DNA of 32,000 nt. Source: an uncultured Candidatus Bathyarchaeia archaeon. GTDB taxonomy: Archaea; Thermoproteota; Bathyarchaeia; Bathyarchaeales; SOJC01. Shown here one piece after another: positions 1 through 9,356 of the stretch. The notes beneath the pieces are model-generated. The model saw nothing but the letters and a program-made list of their open reading frames with translations. It was not told where the DNA came from and did not search any database. Position numbers and translations under genes: made by a program. How positions within the stretch are numbered: the stretch's first letter is position 1; each line of letters begins with the position of its first letter. The stretch is taken from NCBI GenBank assembly GCA_964353725.1, contig CAYGVX010000001.1, positions 50,129-82,128 of the forward strand, read 5' to 3'.

Positions 1-133
1 CTGCATTTCTCCTGAACACCAGACAACACGACCCCTCTTTGAAAAGCCGCGATGTTCACTCTTCGAATGAAGAAAAGAAAGCTTGCTCATCTGAGAGAGT
101 GAAAACTGCAAGAGCTAGAAAGGAGTTGTAGAA

Positions 134-994
134 TTGTCTGAAGGGGCTCTTCAGCAACTGGAAAAACTAAGCCAGAATCTCAAGTCCTTAGAAGAAGAGA
201 GGAGTTCCTTCACCAAAGAGGCTGAACAATGGGCAGGAAGAAGAGACCAAATCCACAAACAAATCAAGGACCTGAGACTGGAAGCTGCTTCGCTCAGAGA
301 ACGACGGGACACAATCAACGCAAAAGTACGGATGCTAAAAACGCGGAGAAATCAAACTAGGGCATCTCTCAAAGAGAAATCTGAGGAAGCCAAGCAACTG
401 AAGGGAAAGATCCAGCTACTGAATTCGAAGAAACCTAAACAGGCGGCCGATGCAATAAGAAAGGAAAAGGAAAAAATCGAGTGGGATATCCAGACAACCT
501 CACTGACACTGCAAGAAGAGAAACCCCTCGTAAGAAGAGCAGCTTCACTCGAGCTACAGCTAGGCATCTACAGACAAATGGAAGACACTAGGATGAAAAT
601 CGCCGAGCTAAGGAGAGAAACAGAAGAAATGCACGATGATGCAAGTCTTTCACACAGACAGCTCTCAGAACTTGCTCCGCAGAGCCAGGAATTACATGAG
701 AAGATGGTGGGAACCATGGAAAAGGCAAAGAAACTGCAGAATGAGGCAGACGACTACCATCGGAATTTCCTCCAAAGCAAGCAGAAAGCTCAGAATATCC
801 ATAGGGATTGTCTGCAAGTCGAGGAGAGAATCAGAGCCCTAAAGCAAGAGTTGGCGAAAAATAGAGAACAAGAGAGAATCTCAAGAGAAAATGAGGCGCG
901 AAGAAGGCTAAAGGCAGAAGTGCTGAAAAAGCTTGAAGAAGGCAAAAAGCTGACTTTTGAGGAATTCAAGCTCATATCAGAAGACGCAGCCTAG
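134..994 (+). CDS. Coiled-coil protein (archaeal COG1340-like), function unknown
   Basis: The start is TTG at 134, with GGAG at 123-126 seven nt upstream. The 286-aa product is almost entirely K/E/R/Q/L-rich heptad-like sequence. The C-terminus reads KKLEEGKKLTFEEFKLI. The family assignment is from recollection only. Confidence 0.6.
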   Translation: MSEGALQQLEKLSQNLKSLEEERSSFTKEAEQWAGRRDQIHKQIKDLRLEAASLRERRDTINAKVRMLKTRRNQTRASLKEKSEEAKQLKGKIQLLNSKKPKQAADAIRKEKEKIEWDIQTTSLTLQEEKPLVRRAASLELQLGIYRQMEDTRMKIAELRRETEEMHDDASLSHRQLSELAPQSQELHEKMVGTMEKAKKLQNEADDYHRNFLQSKQKAQNIHRDCLQVEERIRALKQELAKNREQERISRENEARRRLKAEVLKKLEEGKKLTFEEFKLISEDAA

Positions 995-1064
995 ATATAC
1001 AACTGACCTAACACTTTTTCTAATAGAACATAAAGTTAAAGTTGCAGCAGATTGAAAAGAATAG

Positions 1065-2264
1065 TTGATGCTTTCGATGGCAGCCAAGGAAAAAGAGGAA
1101 AGACTGCTAGTTCTATGCGTTGATAGAGATGGAGATATAGGTGCCAAGACGGAAGAGAAAACCCCGATTCTGGGGCGTGAGAAAAACCTCAGGGCAGCCG
1201 TTTCTCTAGCGCTCAACGATCCTGAGGAACCAGACGCTAACGCTATGTTCGAAGCCCTGAGAGTCCACGACCAACTCCAGAAACAAGGGCAAATTCACGA
1301 AAAAACAGAAGTCGCTACAATCTCAGGTTTGCAGATACTCGGCGTCGAAGCAGATAGAAAACTAGTCAGAGAGCTAAACACGGTTCTAGAGACTTTCCCA
1401 GCCAACAACGTGATCCTTGTGACAGATGGCTATGCAGACGAGGCGGTGTTACCCTTGGTAGAGTCAAGAGTGCCTGTCACCTCTGTCCGGAGAATTATCA
1501 TAAAACACAGTGAATCCATCGAGGAAACTGCGGCACTTTTCGGTAAATACATGAAAATGCTCGTCAATAACCCCCGTTACTCAAGAATTGCCTTGGGTGT
1601 TCCGGGGCTTATGCTGATAATCCTAGCCATAATGTATCTCGGGGGGTGGATCTACTATACATGGATCGCTCTCCTAATAGTTTTTGGAACAATCTTCTTC
1701 GTGAAGGGGTTTGGAGTCGACAGGGCAACCATGCGCCTCTTTCGATGGATCGGAGAATACGAACCTCCTCCACTTCCTTTTCAAATAGCAGGCTTTGCCC
1801 TAGCTGGAGGGGTCATCGCGTCATCTATCGGAGTATTTCTGGGTATAAACGGTGCAGCAGCCAAGTATTCTCAGAACCCCCCGACAACCCCCGAAGGATG
1901 GGCAGGACTGCTGCCAGTGCTCGTGGGCGGATTTATTGGGCAAAGCATATATCTGATAGTCATCGGCATCTGCGTAGCACTCTCAGGAAGGACAATTCGC
2001 TGGTACTTTGAGCGGGATATTCGCCTTCTTCGCACGATAGTCTTTATCGTCGTAATCGCGTGGTCTTCGCAGATATTTAGCCAAGTCTCGGCAATCCTCA
2101 TTAGCACTCCCCCAACGGGAATGGGAGCTACGCTAGTCTTCACGATATTTATAGGCATCTTGCTGGCTATTGCCACAACCCTAGTGACCTTTGTGATAAA
2201 CATAAAGTATGGCAGCTTCTTCAAGAGGAAACAGAAGAAGGTTGAGGAATTCGAACAAAACTAG
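1065..2264 (+). CDS. DUF373-like integral membrane protein
   Basis: The N-terminal soluble domain carries LLVLCVDRDGDIGAKT...LNDPEEPDANAMFEA, followed by multiple hydrophobic helices. The start is TTG 1065 or the adjacent ATG 1068. The family name is recalled, not searched. Confidence 0.65.
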   Translation: MMLSMAAKEKEERLLVLCVDRDGDIGAKTEEKTPILGREKNLRAAVSLALNDPEEPDANAMFEALRVHDQLQKQGQIHEKTEVATISGLQILGVEADRKLVRELNTVLETFPANNVILVTDGYADEAVLPLVESRVPVTSVRRIIIKHSESIEETAALFGKYMKMLVNNPRYSRIALGVPGLMLIILAIMYLGGWIYYTWIALLIVFGTIFFVKGFGVDRATMRLFRWIGEYEPPPLPFQIAGFALAGGVIASSIGVFLGINGAAAKYSQNPPTTPEGWAGLLPVLVGGFIGQSIYLIVIGICVALSGRTIRWYFERDIRLLRTIVFIVVIAWSSQIFSQVSAILISTPPTGMGATLVFTIFIGILLAIATTLVTFVINIKYGSFFKRKQKKVEEFEQN

Positions 2265-2438
2265 CACGCCGTGGAACCACAGGAGCTCGGAACTATCACA
2301 GTATAGGTCAGAGCTGCAGAAGAGAAGATAGCCATCGCGGAGCAACCCTTAAATGGACGAGTACTTCCTTACGGAAGGCGCGCAATCACATTTGCCAGTA
2401 CGCATTAGGGGACGCATAACTCTGAGGTCTCAACAGTC

Positions 2439-3221
2439 ATGTTAAAAGGTCTACTCTCAACAATAGGTGTCTACAAAGCCTACGAGAAATGGTTATGGAA
2501 CCAAGTCAAAGACGGTTGCATGCCTGAACACATCGCTATAATCTTGGATGGAAATAGACGTTGGGCTTCAGAGCGATCGCTTGGCTTTTGGATGGGGCAC
2601 CAACACGGCGCTGAGCGGGTGACCCAACTGCTGGACTGGTGCTTGGACTTGGGCGTAAGGTGCATAACTTTGTACTCGTTCTCTATGGAGAATTTTATGC
2701 GGACGCCTCGCGAGGTTGAAGAAATCTTCAGCATAGCCGAAGGAAAGCTAAGGGAGATTTTGACGGACGAACGCATTCACAAGAACAAGGTGAGAGTGAA
2801 GGTAATTGGTCGAGTTGGGCTACTTCCCAAGAGGCTTCAAGAATCGATTAGCGAGGTGGAAGAAGCTACTCAGTCTTATGATAAACAGTTTTTGACCGTT
2901 GCTTTGGCTTATGGCGGACGCGCCGAGATCGTGGATGCCACTAAGAAGATTGCTGAAAAGGTGAAACAAGGTGAACTGCTCGTGGAGAAGATTGATGAAG
3001 AAATGTTCGAGAGGTTTCTTTACACCGCCTACATGGCTAAGCCCGACCCCGACCTTATCGTCAGAACTAGCGGGGAAGAAAGATTAAGTGGGTTTTTGTT
3101 GTGGCAAAGTGCATATAGCGAACTGTGTTTTCTGGACGTCTATTGGCCCGATTTTCGGCGAATAGACCTGTTACGTGCAGTGAGAACCTACCAACAGCGC
3201 AAGCGTAGATTTGGGAAGTGA
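2439..3221 (+). CDS. uppS: cis-prenyltransferase / undecaprenyl (di-trans,poly-cis) diphosphate synthase
   Basis: It has the signature HIAIILDGNRRWA, plus VRCITLYSFSMENF, ALAYGGRAEIV, DLIVRTSGEERLSGFLLWQSAYSEL and a C-terminal RRFG. Confidence 0.9.
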   Translation: MLKGLLSTIGVYKAYEKWLWNQVKDGCMPEHIAIILDGNRRWASERSLGFWMGHQHGAERVTQLLDWCLDLGVRCITLYSFSMENFMRTPREVEEIFSIAEGKLREILTDERIHKNKVRVKVIGRVGLLPKRLQESISEVEEATQSYDKQFLTVALAYGGRAEIVDATKKIAEKVKQGELLVEKIDEEMFERFLYTAYMAKPDPDLIVRTSGEERLSGFLLWQSAYSELCFLDVYWPDFRRIDLLRAVRTYQQRKRRFGK

Positions 3222-3226
3222 GGGCT

Positions 3227-4588
3227 TCAAGATCTCGCCTTTCTCTCTTGGTGTGTTTTCTCTATCATCAACTGCACCTGTTCAACGGCGGTGCCCAAAT
3301 ACCCTTCTGGATCAAGAGCGTACCCAACCTCCTTGGCGTTCATATATTTCCGTATCGCTCTGTTTTTGACTAGAATCTCCTTGAAGTGGCGCCTCTTCAA
3401 CTCACTTTCAATCGTCAGCTTTCTCAGGAGTTCGTGGGCTTCTTGACGGTTCATTCCTTTCTCGACAAGCGCAGTCATAACTGCTTCGGACATTATACGA
3501 CCCTGTGTGACTTTCAGGTTTTGTCGCATTTGTTCTTCATCAACTCGCAGGTTAGTTAGGACTCTGGTCATTAGGAATATGATATAGTCAACAAGTATGC
3601 ACGCTTCTGGGATTATGAAGCGTTCTGCTGAAGATTGCGTCAGATCTCGTTCATGCCAAGTTACCATGTTTTCAAGGGCAGGCGCTACAAGGCTCCTTAG
3701 TATTCTTGATAATCCGCAGACTCTTTCGCAGATCTCTGGGTTGCGTTTCTGCGCCATGGCAGAGCTGCCAACTTGTTTTTCATATTCAAAGGCTTCAGAC
3801 AGCTCTGCGATTTCTGGCCGCTGCAATTCTCTGATTTCCGTGGCGATGTTTTCTAATGAAGAAGCAATTAAGGCGGCAAGGCAGATGAATTCTGCGTGTC
3901 GGTCACGTTGCACGATTTGTGTGGATATGTCGGCATGTCTCAAGCCCAGTTTTCTCACTACAAGCTCTTGGATCTCAGCTGCGTGAGAACCTAGACCTGC
4001 CTGGGTTCCAACCGCGCCCGTCATCTTTCCAACTAGCAGCCTCTCGCTACACTGTCTTAATCGCTGAAGGGTTCTTGCGTTTTCACGCATCCACACTGCA
4101 TATTTGAAGCCCAAAGTTATCGGCAAAGCATGCTGCCCATGGGTTCTGCCCGCCATAATCGTTCTCTTATACTTGTTTGCCTTTTCCATCAAGACTTGCT
4201 CCAGACTGCGCAGCTTCAGCTCTATGAGGTTCAAGGCGTCCTTTAGAAGAAGAGCGTTTGCAGTGTCAACAATATCATAGCTAGTGACCCCTAGGTGAAC
4301 GTAAGCCCCGCTCTCACCACTCTGCTCGGCCAGAGCTCTGACGACTGAAACTACATCATGTTTTGTCTCACGCTCGATCGCCTTGACACGTTCGAGCCTA
4401 ACGTACCTCGTTGAAGCTTTCTTCATGATCGTCTTGGCGTCCTTTGTGGATATGTTTCCAACTTCTGCATGCGCCCACGCAAGAGCTGCCTCAACATCCA
4501 GCATTCGTTGTAGCCTGCTTTCTTCTTCAAAAATCTGCCTCATTTCCTTGGTTCCGTGTCGACCTGTGTCTATAGGAAGAATCGGCAT
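3227..4588 (-). CDS. purB: Adenylosuccinate lyase
   Basis: The 453-aa product carries the fumarate-lyase signature GSSAMAQKRNPE. The N-terminus (Y/H)GTKEMRQIFEEESRLQRMLDVEAALA is typical of PurB. TSYDIVDTA and HGQHALPITLG motifs are also present. Confidence 0.9.
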   Translation of the reverse strand: MPILPIDTGRHGTKEMRQIFEEESRLQRMLDVEAALAWAHAEVGNISTKDAKTIMKKASTRYVRLERVKAIERETKHDVVSVVRALAEQSGESGAYVHLGVTSYDIVDTANALLLKDALNLIELKLRSLEQVLMEKANKYKRTIMAGRTHGQHALPITLGFKYAVWMRENARTLQRLRQCSERLLVGKMTGAVGTQAGLGSHAAEIQELVVRKLGLRHADISTQIVQRDRHAEFICLAALIASSLENIATEIRELQRPEIAELSEAFEYEKQVGSSAMAQKRNPEICERVCGLSRILRSLVAPALENMVTWHERDLTQSSAERFIIPEACILVDYIIFLMTRVLTNLRVDEEQMRQNLKVTQGRIMSEAVMTALVEKGMNRQEAHELLRKLTIESELKRRHFKEILVKNRAIRKYMNAKEVGYALDPEGYLGTAVEQVQLMIEKTHQERKARS

Positions 4589-4621
4589 TCACCTACCCCG
4601 AAGCATGTTAACACTTTGCTG

Positions 4622-4630
4622 CTTTAAAGA
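4622..4630. promoter_or_regulatory. Candidate bidirectional TATA element (CTTTAAAGA) between divergent purB and the AsnB-like gene
   Basis: This is the only A/T-rich box in the 78-90 bp divergent spacer. It lies about 35 nt from the purB ATG (4588) and about 50 nt from ATG 4679. No transcript data are available. Confidence 0.3.
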
Positions 4631-4666
4631 TTAGGCTTTTACTTCGCCATCACCATAACTGCAGTA

Positions 4667-6136
4667 GTGAGAAAGGCTATGGGTGCACTTATAGCAGTTG
4701 TTGGCAAAGCACATGAAAACACTTTCGCCGCAGCAACAGCAATGCTCAATGCGTTGAATCACAGAGGTTCCGACTCTTTCGGAATAGCTTCTTCCGGTGA
4801 AATCATTATGAAGAAAACCTTGAAAGAGCTGCGGAGCGAATGTATCAGCTCCACTGCTTTGATAGGGCACAATTACGTCAAGCTCCTGCCAAGAGACAAA
4901 GCTCAGCCCGTTCAAAATGGGAGCTCCACCTTCGTTTTTGAAGGTAGGCTATTCCCTGCACTTGCAGAGAGCGAGGCTTGTTTTGCAGCTAGAAGAGTTT
5001 CAACCGAAAGTGGAGCAATCCGTTTTATTCGAGAATTTGATGGTAGTTACGTTTTTGCCGCAAACGTACATGAGGGAATTATCGTGGGGCGCGACGTGGT
5101 TGGAGCATGCCCTCTGTACTTCGGCGAAAATGAGAAAGTATGCGCTGTGGCTTCAGAACGTAAAGCCCTTTGGAGAATAGGGATAACTGAGGCTTCCCCC
5201 TTTCCACCGGGAAAGCTGGCTTTTGTTGACGAGAAAGGGTTCCATCTAAAAACTGCTAAGATCATAAAGCAACCCCCTACGCAACAGGTGAACCTGCAAA
5301 ACGCTGGCAAACAGCTCGCCAATGTTCTGGCTCGATCAACAAAGGATCGCGTCTCCGATGTTGAGGAAGTCGCCGTGGCCTTTTCTGGAGGCGTTGACAG
5401 CTGCGTAATAGCCTCCCTAGCCAAGGTATGCGGCGTCGAAACCCACCTTATCTATGTAGCCTTGGAAGAGGCACGTGAAACTGATTTCGTGAAACATGCT
5501 GCAGATGATTTAGGATTGCCCCTACACGTTGCTGAATACACTATCGTTGAAGTCGAAGAATCGCTCCCGATTGTCCTGTGGCTTATCGAGGAGCCCAACC
5601 CCGTAAATGCGAGCATTGCGATACCCTTGTTCTGGGTAGCTGAACAGGCAGCTGCACTCGGTCTACATGTTTTGATGACCGGGCAAGGTGGGGATGAACT
5701 CTTTGGAGGTTATGCACGTTACCTTGGAGACTATGAAGCACATGGCCTAGCGGGCTTGCAGGAACGTCTCTACAAAGACGTCGTGTCGTCACATGCAGTG
5801 AACTTCCAGAGAGATGATAAGGTTTGCACATTCCACAAAGTTGAGCTCAGGATGCCCTTCAATGGTTTGAAGGTTATTGAACTCGCCCTAAGTTTCCCTG
5901 TAAGACTGAAGGTTGCGTCACCTAGAGATGAGTTGCGGAAGAGAGTTCTCAGGCAAACAGCGAAATACCTGGCGATTCCCGAATTTGTATCAGAGAAGCC
6001 AAAGAAAGCCATTCAATACACGACAGGCGTGAACCAAGCTTTGAAAAAGCTCGCTGTAAAAGAAGGCTTAACTGTGCGGAGATATGTAGAGAAGGTCTTC
6101 AAAAAAGTTTGTTGCGAGTTGAAAGAAGATGGCTAA
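4667..6136 (+). CDS. Asparagine synthetase B-like PP-loop ATP pyrophosphatase with a degenerate class-II amidotransferase domain
   Basis: The PP-loop VAVAFSGGVDSCVIASLA and the AsnB-type motif LMTGQGGDELFGGYARY are present. The N-terminal domain keeps LNHRGSDSFG. It begins MGALIAV (ATG 4679; GTG 4667 is an alternative start), so the Met-Cys nucleophile is absent. It reads FEGRLF where AsnB has NGEIYN. Confidence 0.8.
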   Translation: MRKAMGALIAVVGKAHENTFAAATAMLNALNHRGSDSFGIASSGEIIMKKTLKELRSECISSTALIGHNYVKLLPRDKAQPVQNGSSTFVFEGRLFPALAESEACFAARRVSTESGAIRFIREFDGSYVFAANVHEGIIVGRDVVGACPLYFGENEKVCAVASERKALWRIGITEASPFPPGKLAFVDEKGFHLKTAKIIKQPPTQQVNLQNAGKQLANVLARSTKDRVSDVEEVAVAFSGGVDSCVIASLAKVCGVETHLIYVALEEARETDFVKHAADDLGLPLHVAEYTIVEVEESLPIVLWLIEEPNPVNASIAIPLFWVAEQAAALGLHVLMTGQGGDELFGGYARYLGDYEAHGLAGLQERLYKDVVSSHAVNFQRDDKVCTFHKVELRMPFNGLKVIELALSFPVRLKVASPRDELRKRVLRQTAKYLAIPEFVSEKPKKAIQYTTGVNQALKKLAVKEGLTVRRYVEKVFKKVCCELKEDG

Positions 6137-7196
6137 GACGGCTATAGTTTTTACTCCCAAATTCTACGCTCACCACACTGGGGCAGATCACCCAGAAAGG
6201 CCTCGACGACTAGAAGTGATAATGAAAGAACTAAAGCGGTCAAAAATGCTCTCTTCGACAAAGTGTAGGCTAGTCAGCCCACATCTGGCAAGTTTGGAGG
6301 ATCTGGAGCTTGTTCACACACGAGAGCACATTGAACTGGTTAAGCGTGTCTGTGAACAGGGTGGAGGCTTACTGGATCTTGGCGACACGGTGGTTTCTCC
6401 AGAAAGCTATAGAGTGTCACGGTATGCTGTGGGAGCCGTCTTGAATGCCGCAAATCTGGTTTCTTGCAGAAAGTTTAGTAATGCATTCGCTTTGGTCCGT
6501 CCTCCAGGGCATCACGCAGGATCGTACTATGCTGCTGGGTTCTGCCTTTTCAACAACGTGGCTATTGCAGCATCACATCTTCTTACGCGATGTGGTTTTG
6601 AGCGAGTGCTAATAATCGATATTGATGCGCACCATGGGAATGGAACACAAGAAATCTTCTACAAAACCAAAAAGGTTCTTTTTGTAAGTCTGCATGAAGA
6701 CCCTTTTGACTTTCCTGGAAGTGGTTTCATTGAAGAGGTAGGAGAAGGTGAAGGATTAGGATATAACGTTAACATCCCCTTTCCTTTTAGGGTGGGGAAA
6801 GAGGCGTATCTGAAGGCAATAGGAGAAATCGTAGTTCCCATTGTGCGGCAGTATGAGCCTCAGTTCATTCTGGTTTCAGCTGGATATGACGGTTATTATC
6901 GCGATCCCGTAGCGAAGCTTAGCCTGTCTGCGGCAGCTTATGCTTCGGTTTTTGAGAAGACCCTTGATTTGGCGTCAGCTCTGTGTGAAGGCAGGCTTGT
7001 CGCAGTTCTAGAGGGAGGATACAACCTAAAGCATCTTGGAGAACTGGTGGCATTGACAATCTCGAGAATGGCTGGGCTTTCATATCCAATGGGAAATGAT
7101 GAACCACCATCAAGACCGAGGATTGAGAAACAGGCAGAGAAGATCATAAATGAGGTAAAAAGGGTTCAAGCGGCTTTTTGGGATCTGGCTCTTTAG
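6129..7196 (+). CDS. Histone deacetylase-family (AcuC / acetylpolyamine amidohydrolase-like) zinc amidohydrolase
   Basis: Family motifs are LVRPPGHHA, IIDIDAHHGNGTQEIF, LVSAGYDGY and VLEGGYN. The ATG overlaps the upstream stop by 8 nt. Confidence 0.85.
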   Translation: MAKTAIVFTPKFYAHHTGADHPERPRRLEVIMKELKRSKMLSSTKCRLVSPHLASLEDLELVHTREHIELVKRVCEQGGGLLDLGDTVVSPESYRVSRYAVGAVLNAANLVSCRKFSNAFALVRPPGHHAGSYYAAGFCLFNNVAIAASHLLTRCGFERVLIIDIDAHHGNGTQEIFYKTKKVLFVSLHEDPFDFPGSGFIEEVGEGEGLGYNVNIPFPFRVGKEAYLKAIGEIVVPIVRQYEPQFILVSAGYDGYYRDPVAKLSLSAAAYASVFEKTLDLASALCEGRLVAVLEGGYNLKHLGELVALTISRMAGLSYPMGNDEPPSRPRIEKQAEKIINEVKRVQAAFWDLAL

Positions 7197-7198
7197 GA

Positions 7199-7387
7199 TC
7201 ACTCAGTTACTTGTATTGCAGCGTTTGGGCATTGCGCTTCGCAGGCTTTGCAGGCCAAGCATTCTTCTTTTTTCACTGGAATCGATTTGCTGTCTTTTAT
7301 CTCGTATACTCCCACGGGGCATGTGTCAACGCATGTGTTGCATCCGTTGCATTTCTCCAAATCGATCTTTATCTCTGGCATTGTCAT
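7199..7387 (-). CDS. 2x[4Fe-4S] ferredoxin (62 aa)
   Basis: It has two CxxCxxCxxxCP motifs: CNGCNTCVDTCP and CLACKACEAQCP. Confidence 0.85.
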   Translation of the reverse strand: MTMPEIKIDLEKCNGCNTCVDTCPVGVYEIKDSKSIPVKKEECLACKACEAQCPNAAIQVTE

Positions 7388-7427
7388 TTGGCTCAGCTTG
7401 AAGCTGAATGAGAAGGGGTTTGTGGAT

Positions 7428-7452
7428 AAAAACGTTTAGGATGCGGCATCCT
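7428..7452 (-). terminator. Hairpin plus T5 tract immediately after the stop of the 586-aa gene
   Basis: The near-perfect inverted repeat AGGATGC-G-GCATCCT (7438-7452) abuts the stop codon at 7452-7454. On the minus strand it is followed by AAACG and TTTTT (7432-7428). Confidence 0.35.
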
Positions 7453-9212
7453 CATTCTCTGAGTCTCAAGAGTACTCCATCGATTGCTGTTTTTGCTTTC
7501 TCCCTTCTTTTCAAGTCTTCTTCTAGAAGTTGGCGGTAGGTTAGAGCGGATATTTCCCCACTCTTGAACCTGACTTCAATTCGTTTGATGTCTGCTTCGA
7601 TGTTGTCAAGCTCTGTTTCAGACACTTCGAGTTGCCGCATTATGTCAGCGTATTTTGCTCCCCCGCTTACAATTTTCTGGCGCAAGTCACCTAGTCTTTT
7701 GGAATTCGATGCGAGTTGGCTCTCCAGAGTAGTCTTTCTGACCTTGTATTCTCGCCTAGAAATCTTGCCTTTCACTGCTTTTCTCTTGACTTCTCCCAAT
7801 TCTGACAGGATTTTCTTCTTCTCTTCATATGTCTCTACAAAGTCGTTCAATGTTTTGCGTGGCACCAAGATGATTGAGACGGCGCTTATCGGCGCTTTTG
7901 GTCTTTGCAGTACAAAAGCTATTATGGAACCGATTATCGCGATTGTAGTCGCCCAGAGTGTAGGTCGGAAAGCTTCCCAGAAAATCGTGTGGCTGTAAGT
8001 AAAACTCCATTGTTCGTTTTGCAGCCATGTCACGTTTGATGCGGTCAATGAGAGTCTCTCTTGGAAAACGTCTCTTTGGATTTCAAACTCTTGAGAGGGG
8101 AAGGATTGGATTGCTGCCCCCTCGGGGAAGGTTATTCTTAAGGTGAAGGTCTCAGGCATAACTCTTAGGTCTTCAGAAAGGCTGAGGTTCAAGCTAAAGC
8201 TCTGTCCACCTGTTGACGCCAGATGGTTTTCCTTGCGCAGAATGTATGTAACCTTGAAGCTTCTCGACTGCCCCGTAACCAAGTTGAGCGAGACCTCGTA
8301 AATTTGGGTCTCGTTCTGAAGGGGAGTTGCCGTAAGCACTTTCCCTATTTCGTCTAAAGCAGCAACATTTTCTGCGTCTCCTGCGAGTTGCAGTCTGATC
8401 TTGCTGAGCGTGAAGGTGGTTCGGCTCTCCAGCAAGAAGATGTCGGAAAGGGAGATACGGCCCTCTGTGTCGATCGACACTTCTCGTGTCAGCTTCTTTG
8501 TTGAAAAACAAGCAAAAGCATTCTTGTCACTCGAGCCAAAGCTCACCTCCGTTGAATTTCTTGTATAGGCTGGAAGGTTGTTTTTTGTGTAGTTTAGGTA
8601 GTATTGGTTTTGCTTTTGTGTGACGTTGAATGGAAGTTCGCTGGTTTCACGGTTTGTGTTCTCAGGTAAGATAACGGTGACGTTACACGTTGAGGCGTTT
8701 TGGGCGAGGCTTGGAAAAGCAGGGAAATCTGCTGTGAAAGTGTAGCGCGCGGTTCCGTTCGTGGTCTTTGTCGAGGAATCGATTGTGCCTGATAGCACAA
8801 ACATAACCGTAAACGTGTAGGAATGCCCATTGTAAAGCAGGTCACGCGCTTCTTCAGGAAAGCTCACGGTTACACCATAGTACCCTTCAACATCCAAACC
8901 AGTATCCAGAATGATGTTCAATGGTTTACCTATGTTTTCAGATTCGTAGGCCATTGAGTAACGCAGGTTATCCTTGTATTCTAGCGAGAATCCTATGGAG
9001 AATTCTTCTATCGTGGTGTTTCCGGATGTTGGGGTTATCCTAATCGTGTCGTTGATAAGTATGAGTCCCCCATAAAGAGGTGCGACTGCGTGGTCTACTC
9101 TGTCGACGCGAACCTGTGAAGGCGATGCCGCATAAGTGTTGCATGGGGCGAATAGGGCAATTGAGGTGATTACAAAAACCGATATTGTTAGGAATAGCGA
9201 TGCTTTTTTCAA
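7452..9212 (-). CDS. Secreted type-I membrane glycoprotein with cytoplasmic coiled-coil tail; possible ribophorin I / Ost1-like protein
   Basis: The start is TTG at 9212, with GAGG eight nt upstream. The signal peptide is MKKASLFLTISVFVITSIALFAPCNTYA/AS. The ectodomain is about 390 aa and beta-rich, with about 11 N-x-S/T sequons. A single TM helix, PTLWATTIAIIGSIIAFVL, spans about aa 417-435. The tail is 151 aa and K/E/R-rich. The CDS is solid. The ribophorin-like call rests on topology plus by-eye similarity to human RPN1. Confidence 0.8.
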   Translation of the reverse strand: MKKASLFLTISVFVITSIALFAPCNTYAASPSQVRVDRVDHAVAPLYGGLILINDTIRITPTSGNTTIEEFSIGFSLEYKDNLRYSMAYESENIGKPLNIILDTGLDVEGYYGVTVSFPEEARDLLYNGHSYTFTVMFVLSGTIDSSTKTTNGTARYTFTADFPAFPSLAQNASTCNVTVILPENTNRETSELPFNVTQKQNQYYLNYTKNNLPAYTRNSTEVSFGSSDKNAFACFSTKKLTREVSIDTEGRISLSDIFLLESRTTFTLSKIRLQLAGDAENVAALDEIGKVLTATPLQNETQIYEVSLNLVTGQSRSFKVTYILRKENHLASTGGQSFSLNLSLSEDLRVMPETFTLRITFPEGAAIQSFPSQEFEIQRDVFQERLSLTASNVTWLQNEQWSFTYSHTIFWEAFRPTLWATTIAIIGSIIAFVLQRPKAPISAVSIILVPRKTLNDFVETYEEKKKILSELGEVKRKAVKGKISRREYKVRKTTLESQLASNSKRLGDLRQKIVSGGAKYADIMRQLEVSETELDNIEADIKRIEVRFKSGEISALTYRQLLEEDLKRREKAKTAIDGVLLRLRE

Positions 9213-9356
9213 GGTGGGTGCCTCTCGAATAGTCTTCCGTATGTATTGCAGATTATCCTTATTTACTTTCCTTTAAACAAGGGAATTCTCGAGCAAATTG
9301 GGTGCCACCTTCGTCTTCTGGATAGCTTTTCGTTGGCACCGAAGTCGCAGTGTTTG

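Noticed and set aside
3-131. An open frame at the left edge (...KSRDVHSSNEEKKACSSERVKTARARKEL*) that could be the 3' end of an upstream gene.
   Set aside because: Only 43 codons are visible and there is no recognisable motif. It cannot be supported from this window.
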